Shown one piece after another: positions 41,935-51,653 of a stretch of DNA of 64,000 nucleotides (positions within the stretch are counted from its first letter, which is position 1; each line of letters opens with the position of its first letter). The notes beneath the pieces are model-generated. The model searched no databases. It had not been told where the DNA came from and saw only the letters and a program-made list of their open reading frames with translations. The stretch comes from a virus (taxonomy: Duplodnaviria > Caudoviricetes), in IMG/VR virus record IMGVR_UViG_2721755344_000003, positions 1 to 64,000 of that record; one strand, given 5' to 3'. The translations under genes and the position numbers were made by a program.

Positions 41935-42888
41935 ATGGAAGAAAAAATATTTGTATCCTCTAGTCTGATCCAAGAATTTCTTTATAAAGGTAATTCAAAG
42001 GAATATTGTCAGAGATATGTGCGTGAGGTAATTCTTGAAAAAAAGTATAAAAAGAAGACGACAATGCCAATGGACGAAGGATTGTACTTTGAAACATTAT
42101 GTCTTGGATCAGGCAGAGATGGTCAACAACTAACGGATCTTCCCAGGGGTAGACTAACCAAGGAAGAAGAACGTGAGATCATAATAGCACGTTCTGAAGG
42201 ACGGATAGAACCAAAAGGCAAAATGCTAACAAGCCAACACAGGATTCTGAGTCAGTATAGAAGATTTGAGATAAAATGTGCCACACATCAAATAAGTGTC
42301 ATTAAGGGAATAAATACTCAAGTTAAGTTATTTAAACAATTCAAAGAAAATGAGAGAGTAATTCTTGTTGGCGATCTTGATCTATGTCCTACTACCATAT
42401 TGTTCAGAAAACCTCATCCAAAAACCAAACATAAGATGAATCTAACAACAATAGATCTTAAGTTAACGGGACATATAGATAATACATTTGGTAAGTTCTG
42501 TTATGGATCTCCTGATCAACTAGACGATACTCAAGGCAAAATGTATCATGAACTGGTAAGAGATCTGGATCTTGAGCTTAATGAAAAGTATAATCCAGGC
42601 AATTTACTCAAACATCTATTTACTGAGTTTGTTCAGGAAGTGATATCTGCTGATCTGTATCTTTTCTATATATGGGTATTCGACTACAAGAAAGAGAAAC
42701 TTGATGATAAATTCATTGAGATAGAATGGGATATTAATAAAAGAAGGGAATTGTATGAATGTGTCAGGAAAACAGTAGCCGAAGTTGATGAAGTGATGAA
42801 AGGATATAAAACTAATCCTATGAAGGAAACATGCGAATTATGTCCAGTAACAGATTGTAAAGACCGTTATGAATATGAAACCATCTGA
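41935..42888 (+). CDS. PD-(D/E)XK exonuclease (Cas4/lambda-exo-like)
   Basis: GDLD...IDLKLTG catalytic motifs, QGKMY helix, C-terminal CELCPVTDC. Confidence 0.8.
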   Translation: MEEKIFVSSSLIQEFLYKGNSKEYCQRYVREVILEKKYKKKTTMPMDEGLYFETLCLGSGRDGQQLTDLPRGRLTKEEEREIIIARSEGRIEPKGKMLTSQHRILSQYRRFEIKCATHQISVIKGINTQVKLFKQFKENERVILVGDLDLCPTTILFRKPHPKTKHKMNLTTIDLKLTGHIDNTFGKFCYGSPDQLDDTQGKMYHELVRDLDLELNEKYNPGNLLKHLFTEFVQEVISADLYLFYIWVFDYKKEKLDDKFIEIEWDINKRRELYECVRKTVAEVDEVMKGYKTNPMKETCELCPVTDCKDRYEYETI

Positions 42889-42911
42889 TAAAATAAAGAT
42901 CAATATTAGGG

Positions 42912-43844
42912 ATGAGGAACCCATGGATCTTGAAGATTTTGAAAAAGAGTCAAACTTTATTAAATATTATGGAAAACGCAACATTCGATTTCGAAAAGAA
43001 CAATGTAGAAGTGATAACACTGGACACATTGAAAGGAACAAGGAACGAAACTGACTATGGATATCAACCTGTAAATGGAATATTGCATTATGATTTCATC
43101 GATGCTATCCTGAATAAGATAAGCCAAAATGGTTTGGATGGCAAACTTGAAACTATATATGCAGGAAGGGGAGGATCCAGAACAGTCCCGGGAGTATCAT
43201 TCATCGGTGATGTTAGTAGTGAAGGAAGCAAACGTGTGTTGAAAAATTATATCCTTCGCAGAGTGATAGGTAAAATACTTATCAGTAATTTGGCTACCGA
43301 AGAATATGTAGGAGCCGTGGCATTCAGTTATCATCAATTAGGATTGGAGATAGCTATTGGAGCAAACATCAGAGTATGCAGCAATATGAGTATCTATGGT
43401 AAGCAATTTTTCTTCTCCACTTATGGTGATGATAAACTTCCTAATGTAAATAGATTATATGAAGTTCTTGATGATTACCTGGCTAAATATGAAGAGACCA
43501 TGGCAATGCAAAAGAAATTTATAGATGGATTAAAAAGTATTGCATTACCAAGGGAACACGTGGCAGAACTTGTTGGTGATCTTACATTCTTAAGAATATC
43601 TCATGATAATAATGAGATGAAAGATCAGCCTAAATATCCATTAAACCAGAGTCAGATAGGTGCCCTGGCAGAAAAATACCTGGTAGAAGAATATAAGAAG
43701 AAATCTACTCAACCAATTCAGTTATATGATTTATATAACTATGCTACCAATATGTATAAACCTGGAGAGACAGACTTTCCTAACGTATTGGTATGTAATT
43801 CCCGGTTAGGACAATATTTAATCGATAAGTTTAACCTAAATTAA
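42912..43844 (+). CDS. DUF932/DUF3871-like protein
   Basis: GANIRVCSNMSI motif; LYDLYNYATN. Confidence 0.65.
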   Translation: MRNPWILKILKKSQTLLNIMENATFDFEKNNVEVITLDTLKGTRNETDYGYQPVNGILHYDFIDAILNKISQNGLDGKLETIYAGRGGSRTVPGVSFIGDVSSEGSKRVLKNYILRRVIGKILISNLATEEYVGAVAFSYHQLGLEIAIGANIRVCSNMSIYGKQFFFSTYGDDKLPNVNRLYEVLDDYLAKYEETMAMQKKFIDGLKSIALPREHVAELVGDLTFLRISHDNNEMKDQPKYPLNQSQIGALAEKYLVEEYKKKSTQPIQLYDLYNYATNMYKPGETDFPNVLVCNSRLGQYLIDKFNLN

Positions 43845-43851
43845 TTAGCCT

Positions 43852-44343
43852 ATGAATCTTAATGAATTTGATTTACAAGTAGTAAAAATCAAGGAGAACT
43901 CAGTATATGTAGAATATACATCTCCCAACAAACTTCACAAAGAAGATGTGGATATTCTTCCTCATCCGGATCTTATTAAAGAAGTTGGTAAACTAACTCC
44001 TATCTTAAACAAGGTGTTTGAGAATAACCGCATGAAGGCTACAGGGATCTCTGTAAAGAAGTTGAATGAAGACAGACTTGTAACTATCACCGGTGTAATA
44101 ACGTTTGCCTCTGGTAAGAAAAAAGGTATTAGCAGTGAAGGATTTCAGGCATCAGGATATTATGATTTTGAAGATAAATTGTTTGAAGTTACTGATAACA
44201 TAATCCTGGAAACTTACGCTTTTCTCTTTGATGAAAAGACAGGCGACAAACAAGGGAAATTATTTGATCCTGCTGATAAACCAAAAGATAAGAAATCTAA
44301 GGGTAAAGCAGCAGCTATCAAAGAGGAAGACGATCCCATATAA
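43852..44343 (+). CDS. Conserved hypothetical protein
   Basis: 163 aa, PHPDL and C-terminal GKAAA motifs; ends the recombination operon. Confidence 0.6.
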   Translation: MNLNEFDLQVVKIKENSVYVEYTSPNKLHKEDVDILPHPDLIKEVGKLTPILNKVFENNRMKATGISVKKLNEDRLVTITGVITFASGKKKGISSEGFQASGYYDFEDKLFEVTDNIILETYAFLFDEKTGDKQGKLFDPADKPKDKKSKGKAAAIKEEDDPI

Positions 44344-44373
44344 AAAATAGTTTAGGATGAGAAAGTTGGTACT

Positions 44374-44401
44374 GTGCCCCAGGGAGACTTGGGGCACTTT
44401 T
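44374..44401 (+). terminator. Rho-independent terminator
   Basis: GTGCCCCA/TGGGGCAC stem followed by TTTT. Confidence 0.7.
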
Positions 44402-45857
44402 ATTTAAATATTATGAATTTATCAGAAGAAAAAGAAAACATGGTGGTTGCCAGAAAAGTAGAACTTATACCATGGCCGGAATCACAAGGATGTATAGGAT
44501 GTCAGTTTGCAGCACTTGTACATCAGAGTGAGACTATAGGATCCTCAACATATATTTGCCTTGCAAAAGACAAGTCAAAAGTATCATGTGATAATCCTGA
44601 TTCAATAAACTTACGCAATACTTCATTTTAAAAATCATGAAAGAAGAACTATTAAGATTTGCTATATTGAATGGTATCAAAACGATGACATTACAATTAT
44701 CCAATGGTGAAACGTGGATCTTCAGAATGATAAATTCCTCGGTAGAAGAAAAAGTATATCAATTCTATCGTAAAGGAACTATACCAATAACTTATATTAA
44801 ATAATATAATTTATATGACACGAAAAGTAAAAATTTCTGTAATAAGTTCTAATGGTAATAGAAAATTTATCACTGTTACCTTAGAAGGTGGTTCTCCTTG
44901 GTTTGGGTTTATCTGGATTGATGATATGTTATTTACTATATATAAAACGTCAAGAAGTTTTAAAATCAAAAAAACATAACTATGAAAATACCACTTGAAA
45001 GACATAATATCGAAGGATTATTCGATATTGACGGTGAGTCAGAAGATCAAGCAATAGTCTGCCTGGATAAAAATGTAGAAGAACTTGAAATGGAATACAT
45101 ATCAGAATGTAAGGCACACGATGAATGCAAAAAGAAGTATGATGAGACATTAAGAAAACTTAAAGACCGAGAAGATACATCTATTAGATGGAGTGTAGAA
45201 GATTTCGTATTTCGTGCATTTGAATTGAAAAGGGATAGTGAGAATTGGGAAGAACCCGAAGAAGATTTTGATGATACAAATCTTGAAGATGCAAAGTTAT
45301 ATCTTAAAAAATATGATCCTGATAAATTCGAAGATGCTCTTTATGACATGATGCGTCATCATGATGCAACTATAGGTATTACCTGGGATACTGTTGATAT
45401 TTATCTTGATGAAGACTGTTTAAAAGATAAAAAATGAAAACTGATACTGTAGATCCGGCAAGATTGAGTACGGGTCATTGGGATCATAATACTAACAAAC
45501 AAATTGATGAAGGAGATATTGGTCGATCATACAGTGCTGACGTTATTGCTTCAGATAGTGCTTTTCGTAAACCATTTAAATGGAAGGATGGTTGGAGAAT
45601 ATCTGTTGGTAGTGTATCCATAGGACTCAAAATAGAATCTGTCAAAACATATCGTCTAGTTCCTTTTAACACTTACGAAGGTGAGAAATTTACTTATGAA
45701 GAATCTCACAATCTTGATGATAATCATGTAAGTAGATTTAGTTATGAGGGGATGATAGTTAAGAAAGGGAAAGAACAATATATATTGACAGAATTATTAA
45801 TTCTTATTTCTGACGAAAAAAAGATCGAAACAACAAAACAATTAACACTATTTTAAT

Positions 45858-46220
45858 ATGTGTTTTTATTATAACTCAACCATGAAACTTCAAACTGCCA
45901 AAAAGGATATAGTTTGTTATAAGGTTGCAAATCGACACCTTTGTGATTCAAGAACTTTCCAATCTTTCTATTATTATTATAACTATACTATTGGAAGAAA
46001 AGCATCCAAACGCACACCTCTTTGAATAATTTTCAATACTTGGGATCAAAATCATGGAAGAATAGATAGAGGATTTCATTCTTATATACATAAACCAAAT
46101 CCTATTATAGAACAAAGAATCAAATGTATTATTCCAAAAGGTACTGAATATTATGTAAATTATAAAGATGGTACACGTGTAAGTACTGCAATAAAACCAA
46201 TTGAATATCTTAAAAATTAA
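45858..46220 (+). pseudogene. 120-codon gene interrupted by one in-frame TGA (46023-46025)
   Basis: MCFYYNSTMKLQTAKKDIVCYKV...PL*IIF...GFHSY...KCIIPKGTEYYV...; motifs on both sides belong to one Bacteroidota-phage family. Confidence 0.7.
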
Positions 46221-47648
46221 ATCATATGAGTTACTACACAGGTTATAATATAAGTTTTAATCCTGAACCAACTATAGAAGAATTTAATCAGATATTAAAA
46301 GATCTTACAGAACTATCAGGATATTCTGAAGGAACATTTGATTCCAGACCACCTACTCCACCAGCAAGTTTCATATCATTATATACATCATGGTATGATT
46401 ATGAAGAAAACATGATAGCAGTGTCAAAAAAACATCCAAATATATTAATGGAAGTTAATGGAGCAGGAGAGAATAATGATGATCTATGGACTGCCTGGTT
46501 CAAAAATGGTAAATACTATAGAACAGATGCTGAAATTATCTATCCTGTATATGATGAATCTAAAATGATATAATCTATGAGTCTTGATCAACCTACTGAA
46601 ACTATCCGGATGAATAAATATCATTTCGATGATGTTTATAAAATTATTGATTATAGTCCATCCTCTTATAAAATTCAGAGATTCGATTCAAAACAACCAA
46701 ACGGAGTATCAACAATCTACCTTCCAAAATCTGAATGTAACATAGAACACTATCATAATGGAATGGTCATATTAAATATACCTCTATGGCTTATTAGTAA
46801 ATATCAACAATTCTTTAAAAGATAATGGGAAAAATAAAAACAGCAATGTTGCAATGGATGGAGGAAGAAAATCTGACTCCAGAGGATCTTGAAAATATGG
46901 ATGATATCAATGAAAGATTTAAAGAATGGGTAGAAAAACATTTAACACCAGAACAAAATGAATGATCATATAAAAAATATTTGTAAGATAGGACAAGGAT
47001 ATGATTGTTGCCGATATCTTATAGTAGGTCCCAATGGTTTTGAATGTGCAAAAAATACTTCTCTTTCCGTGCTACTTGATTCAAGAGTCGAGAATAAAAC
47101 AATTACTGCAAGAGGAGATAATTGTAAAGGAAGAACCATTGAAGAATTAAATAAAAAATAATCCCAATGAATGATCCAACAAATGAACATGATGTTCCAG
47201 AAATTGAATATACTGAATGTGAAGGAACAGGTTATGTAGGTGAACTCGAACCTTGCTATACTTGTTGTGGCACAGGTAAAAGACCAATGAGCAATGACGA
47301 ACTCGATACATTTAAAAACAATCAGAAATATGGACACCATGAAAAACTTTAAAACAGTAAAATTCCGTGAATGGAACTGCAGAATATCTTTTGACAGGTA
47401 TCTTAATAACCGTATCGCTATACAATTGTACGATTTAGAAGACGGATCTCCTGTTGCCACAGCGACAGTTAATATTCCTGATCTTGATTTTCTCAACAAA
47501 GATGAAGTAATTATCAAGGACTACTCTGAGAATGAAGGAATGCTTGAAGCACTTATAAATGCAGACATTATATCTAAACCATTGTATTATGTACTAACTA
47601 GTTTTGTAAAATGTCCTGTATGTAAATTATTAATAACTCCAGAAAATT

Positions 47649-48518
47649 ATGAAAACGAAAACGATTAAAAAAGAATTGAATAATGTCTATTCAAAATGGA
47701 TAACATCAATAGATAATAAAGATCTTGTTGATCTTATCAAAAAAAATATTATTATCACCGGTGGATGTATTGCCTCAATGTTACTCGGTGAAGAAGTTAA
47801 TGACTACGATATTTATTTTGCAACAGCAGAAACAGTTGCAAAAGTATCTGAGTACTATCTTAAGAAAGCACAAGAGATAGATAAAAGTCTGGAAACTGCC
47901 AGAATCCATTATTTCAATGACGAAAAAGTATTATGCAATATGGATGATTTCATCAATAGCAAACAAGGGAGATTAAAAATCTTCATTGAAGGTAGAGGAT
48001 ATATTTCATTTGATGGTAAAAAAAGAAAATTATACGAACCAATATTTATTTCTTCGAATGCTATCATGTTAAAAGGTAAGATCCAGGTTGTTCTCAGATT
48101 TTGGGGATCTCCGGCTGATATACACAAGAATTATGATTTTGTTCATTGCATGTCTTACTGGACACCAAGGGAACTTGTCATTCCGGTTGATACAGCAATA
48201 TGTCTATTGACGAGAGAATTAAAATATCAGGGAAGCAGATATCCCTTGACATCAATTATACGTACCAGGAAATTCATCAGGAGAGGATGGAAGATAACTG
48301 CAGGAGAATATCTTAAGATGGCAGCACAACTCCAGGAAATAGATTTATTTAATCCTTCCGTTTTGGAAGATCAACTCATAGGTGTAGATATTTCTTATTT
48401 CCTAATGCTTATAGATGAGATGAAAAAGGCTATAGAGGATTCAAAAGTTGAAATAATCAACTCGGCATACATAATCGATCTTGTTGACAAAATCTTTAAT
48501 AATGAACATGACGACTAA
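47649..48518 (+). CDS. Pol-beta superfamily nucleotidyltransferase (CCA/poly(A)-polymerase-head-like)
   Basis: ITGGCIASMLLGEEVNDYDIYF (GG...DxD) and YDFVHC motif. Confidence 0.8.
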   Translation: MKTKTIKKELNNVYSKWITSIDNKDLVDLIKKNIIITGGCIASMLLGEEVNDYDIYFATAETVAKVSEYYLKKAQEIDKSLETARIHYFNDEKVLCNMDDFINSKQGRLKIFIEGRGYISFDGKKRKLYEPIFISSNAIMLKGKIQVVLRFWGSPADIHKNYDFVHCMSYWTPRELVIPVDTAICLLTRELKYQGSRYPLTSIIRTRKFIRRGWKITAGEYLKMAAQLQEIDLFNPSVLEDQLIGVDISYFLMLIDEMKKAIEDSKVEIINSAYIIDLVDKIFNNEHDD

Positions 48519-48785
48519 AATGAAGAAGCAACCAATCATATCCAGGTTCTCAGGATCTATTATCATAGAGTTTAAGAATGATTCATGTGGACTATACAAG
48601 AATCGTCATCTTGAAATTGTCAATATAGGTACTCAGATACGATTCTATGAAGTAAGAGAAGATAGAAAATTGGCATATTGTCTCAAAAAGACAACGATAA
48701 GAGAACTGATAAAACTTCATAGACTACCTAATACTACTATCATAAGGAGAGCATTAAAAGGAGATAAATCAATCTTTAATAAATA

Positions 48786-49268
48786 ATGAGAAAAAAAGAA
48801 GTAATTTATATTCAACAACAACTCAGATTTCAAAATGTTTCTGAGATAGGTATTCACTATATATCTAAAGGATCAAAGATCAAAATGATTACCAGTAAAA
48901 CAGTATATGAAAGATTATTCGACTGGTGGAGTAATACAATCAACATTACCGAATCATTTGCCGTAATGTTATTAAACAGAGTTAATAATGAAATAGGAAT
49001 ATTTGAACTAAGTAGGGGTGGCATATCGGGTACGATTACTGATACACGATTAATCTGTGTTGTTGCATTACTTTCCGGAGCATCAGGTGTTATCCTGGCA
49101 CACAATCATCCAAGTGGAAGCTTAAAACCAAGCGAAGCGGACATAAATTTAACTGCCAGGATAAAAGAATCATTATCATTAATAGATATACATCTTCTCG
49201 ATCATCTCATTATTACTCCGGAAAAAAACCAATACTTTTCATTCACCGATGATGATTTAATTCTATAG
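48786..49268 (+). CDS. radC: RadC-like JAB domain protein
   Basis: E...SRGGISGT...AHNHPSGSLKPSEAD...LLDHLII. Confidence 0.92.
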   Translation: MRKKEVIYIQQQLRFQNVSEIGIHYISKGSKIKMITSKTVYERLFDWWSNTINITESFAVMLLNRVNNEIGIFELSRGGISGTITDTRLICVVALLSGASGVILAHNHPSGSLKPSEADINLTARIKESLSLIDIHLLDHLIITPEKNQYFSFTDDDLIL

Positions 49269-49546
49269 TAATATGGAACAATTAAAAAAGAACCAGGATT
49301 ATAAGTATACAATTATTGCTCAATTTGCACAAGAGAATGAATGTGAGATAGAGAATTACGGAAACTTCATAATAGGAGAAAATCTTCTTATTTTAAGAGA
49401 TGAAGATAATAGAATAATGTCATTCATACTTACTGGAGCAACATTCGATCATTCGATTTATACTTGTGTATATAATGATTTTGAAACTTAATCAACGCAA
49501 CTTACTGCTGTTAGTAAAATAATCTGTATTTAAACAAGCATTCGTT

Positions 49547-49554
49547 TACCTTTG
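49547..49554 (+). promoter_or_regulatory. Bacteroidota -7 element TACCTTTG
   Basis: TAnnTTTG match in the intergenic gap before the SLT gene. Confidence 0.45.
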
Positions 49555-49607
49555 TTTAAACTTTCCTGGAAATACCAGGATCGTAATGTCTAACTAAACT
49601 GATATAG

Positions 49608-50072
49608 ATGAAGAAGCTAATGTTACTTACTTTATCTATATTCCTACTTCTTTCAGTTATTTATCCCACAGTGTCATTCGATGCAGATAGAAGGTATTGT
49701 AAAACTCCTATGAAACATTTTTTCAAGGAAGACAAATTACTGACTGCTGTAATGAATGAAGAAAGTGGATTTAGTGATACTATAATAAACCGAAAGGAAG
49801 ATGCGGTAGGAATATTACAGATAAGACCTATCATGCTGGATCATGTAAACTGGATATTAAAACAACAAGGAGATAGTTTACAATTTACATTAAATGATAG
49901 ACTCGATTCAACAAAAAGTGTCAAAATGTGGTATATTGTACAAAAATGGGATAATCCCAAGTATGATCCACGTATTGCATGTTATCTATGGAATGGTGGC
50001 ATACCAAGATATAAAGAAATGAGTCATGCTTATTGGCTCAGAATAAAAGACAAAATAAACGATGATACATGA
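49608..50072 (+). CDS. Lytic transglycosylase/lysozyme-like protein with signal peptide
   Basis: AVMNEESG catalytic Glu, AVGILQI, WNGG. Confidence 0.8.
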   Translation: MKKLMLLTLSIFLLLSVIYPTVSFDADRRYCKTPMKHFFKEDKLLTAVMNEESGFSDTIINRKEDAVGILQIRPIMLDHVNWILKQQGDSLQFTLNDRLDSTKSVKMWYIVQKWDNPKYDPRIACYLWNGGIPRYKEMSHAYWLRIKDKINDDT

Positions 50073-50964
50073 GATTGAGATCAAAGAACCAATATGGTAT
50101 AATAGAAGTGTAGGGTTAAATACCCTGGCAATGGATGACAAGGATTCCATTGACGTAACTATATCCTATAGAAACAAAGAAGAAAAACTTCTTTATCCTG
50201 GTACATTCCGTATTCCCGTTGCTATTGTACGTACATTTGAAAGAGCCACAGTAAAAGGTACACCTATAGGATTAAATATCGTTCCTATCGTTGCATTGGA
50301 GAATTATCTTCTTAAAGATGATCTTGACTACATAGGCAAACAGAATATTCCTATAGAACAAACCTTATTCAAAGAAAGCGAAATAAAGCCACCAGACGAA
50401 TTGTCTGGCATAGATGAATATCTACTTAAGATAAACAATATCGCTTCTCCTGCCTTCTCTGGTACATTTAGGGATATAAGAATCGTGCTCCGTGGAGAAC
50501 CACTTGCAAAACAATCTACCAGGTTCTTCGTCAAAAGAGATAAACAGGGAAACGTATTTACTTACAAGGATCCTGCCGGAAGAACACAAGTCATAGTAGA
50601 TACTTATACTGATAGTGATGTAAGCAAGAAACAGAAGGAATGGAGATCACAGATCGAACAACAACTAATAACCAATTATCCCGGGTGGATACCATTCTCA
50701 GAAGAAGTTCATATCACTAAATTTGAATGTATTTTCAAGATGCCTAAAAACTTTCCAAAACATAAGATCCATCAATTAGAAAATAGAACTGCAATATTCT
50801 ATAAGAATACTAAACCGGATCTTCCGGATAATCTTAAGAAGATACCATTTGATGCTATGAATGGACTTGTATTCGTTGATGATAATATCGTAGTATCTGA
50901 AAATGGTGTACTTAAAAGATATGGTATACGTCCTGGAATAATAATCGAAATGAAAGGAAAATAA
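50062..50964 (+). CDS. rusA: RusA-like Holliday junction resolvase with extra N-terminal domain
   Basis: GEPLAKQSTR, KPDLPDNLKK, DAMNGLVFVDDNIV in the C-terminal half. Confidence 0.8.
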   Translation: MIHEIEIKEPIWYNRSVGLNTLAMDDKDSIDVTISYRNKEEKLLYPGTFRIPVAIVRTFERATVKGTPIGLNIVPIVALENYLLKDDLDYIGKQNIPIEQTLFKESEIKPPDELSGIDEYLLKINNIASPAFSGTFRDIRIVLRGEPLAKQSTRFFVKRDKQGNVFTYKDPAGRTQVIVDTYTDSDVSKKQKEWRSQIEQQLITNYPGWIPFSEEVHITKFECIFKMPKNFPKHKIHQLENRTAIFYKNTKPDLPDNLKKIPFDAMNGLVFVDDNIVVSENGVLKRYGIRPGIIIEMKGK

Positions 50965-51012
50965 AATGTCCCTGACGTTCTTTTTCGTTTCACAATGGTT
51001 AGTTAATAATGT

Positions 51013-51044
51013 ATACAGGGATATCAGGGACTTCCCTGTATTTT
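51013..51044 (+). terminator. Rho-independent terminator
   Basis: ATACAGGGA/TCCCTGTAT stem plus T-run. Confidence 0.55.
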
Positions 51045-51601
51045 AATTTAAAACAAAATAAATAATGATACGAATAATAAATAATCATAAGGATATAGAC
51101 TGCAGAATAGTAACATCCGGTTGTCCTTATCTTAATATAGGATCCCAAACAATGACAGAGAGAATAAAGGTTATTACCTGTCTGGCATTGAATATAATTC
51201 TACCATTTAAACAAAAGAGAGTACATGGATGTATCAATACAGAAATAGAGATTATAGAAACTCCATGGGAATGTCCTATACTCGAACAAAGAAGGAAAGA
51301 AGGAACAGAACCCAAAGTGATGATGTCTATTATACCAATAAAATGACATTCTATTCTTCATTACCACCTAATACACGCCTTGGAAAGATCTCAGACTTCA
51401 TAGAAATAGGTCCGGACTATCCTAACTACTACAAAGTAAAAATAGGAATGAAATATATTCTATTCTCACCAGAACGTCCTGACGGAACAAAAGAAGACAG
51501 ATGGTATGAACAAGAAATTACAGAAGTAACCACCTCAGATAATCTAGATCCCTGGATTAAAGAAGGAAGGTTATTTGTGTTTGTTTGATTGCCGTGATGA
51601 C

Positions 51602-51634
51602 AAAGGGGGAAAGTGCCATGAGCATCCCCCTTTT
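51602..51634. terminator. Bidirectional terminator between the convergent arms
   Basis: AAAGGGGGA/TCCCCCTTT(T) inverted repeat between convergent stop codons at 51588 and 51654. Confidence 0.75.
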
Positions 51635-51653
51635 ACCATTTAGATTATTCATT

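Noticed and set aside
44374-44412. GTG start of the ORF 44374-44631
   Set aside because: This stretch is a terminator hairpin; the ATG at 44413 is the more plausible start.
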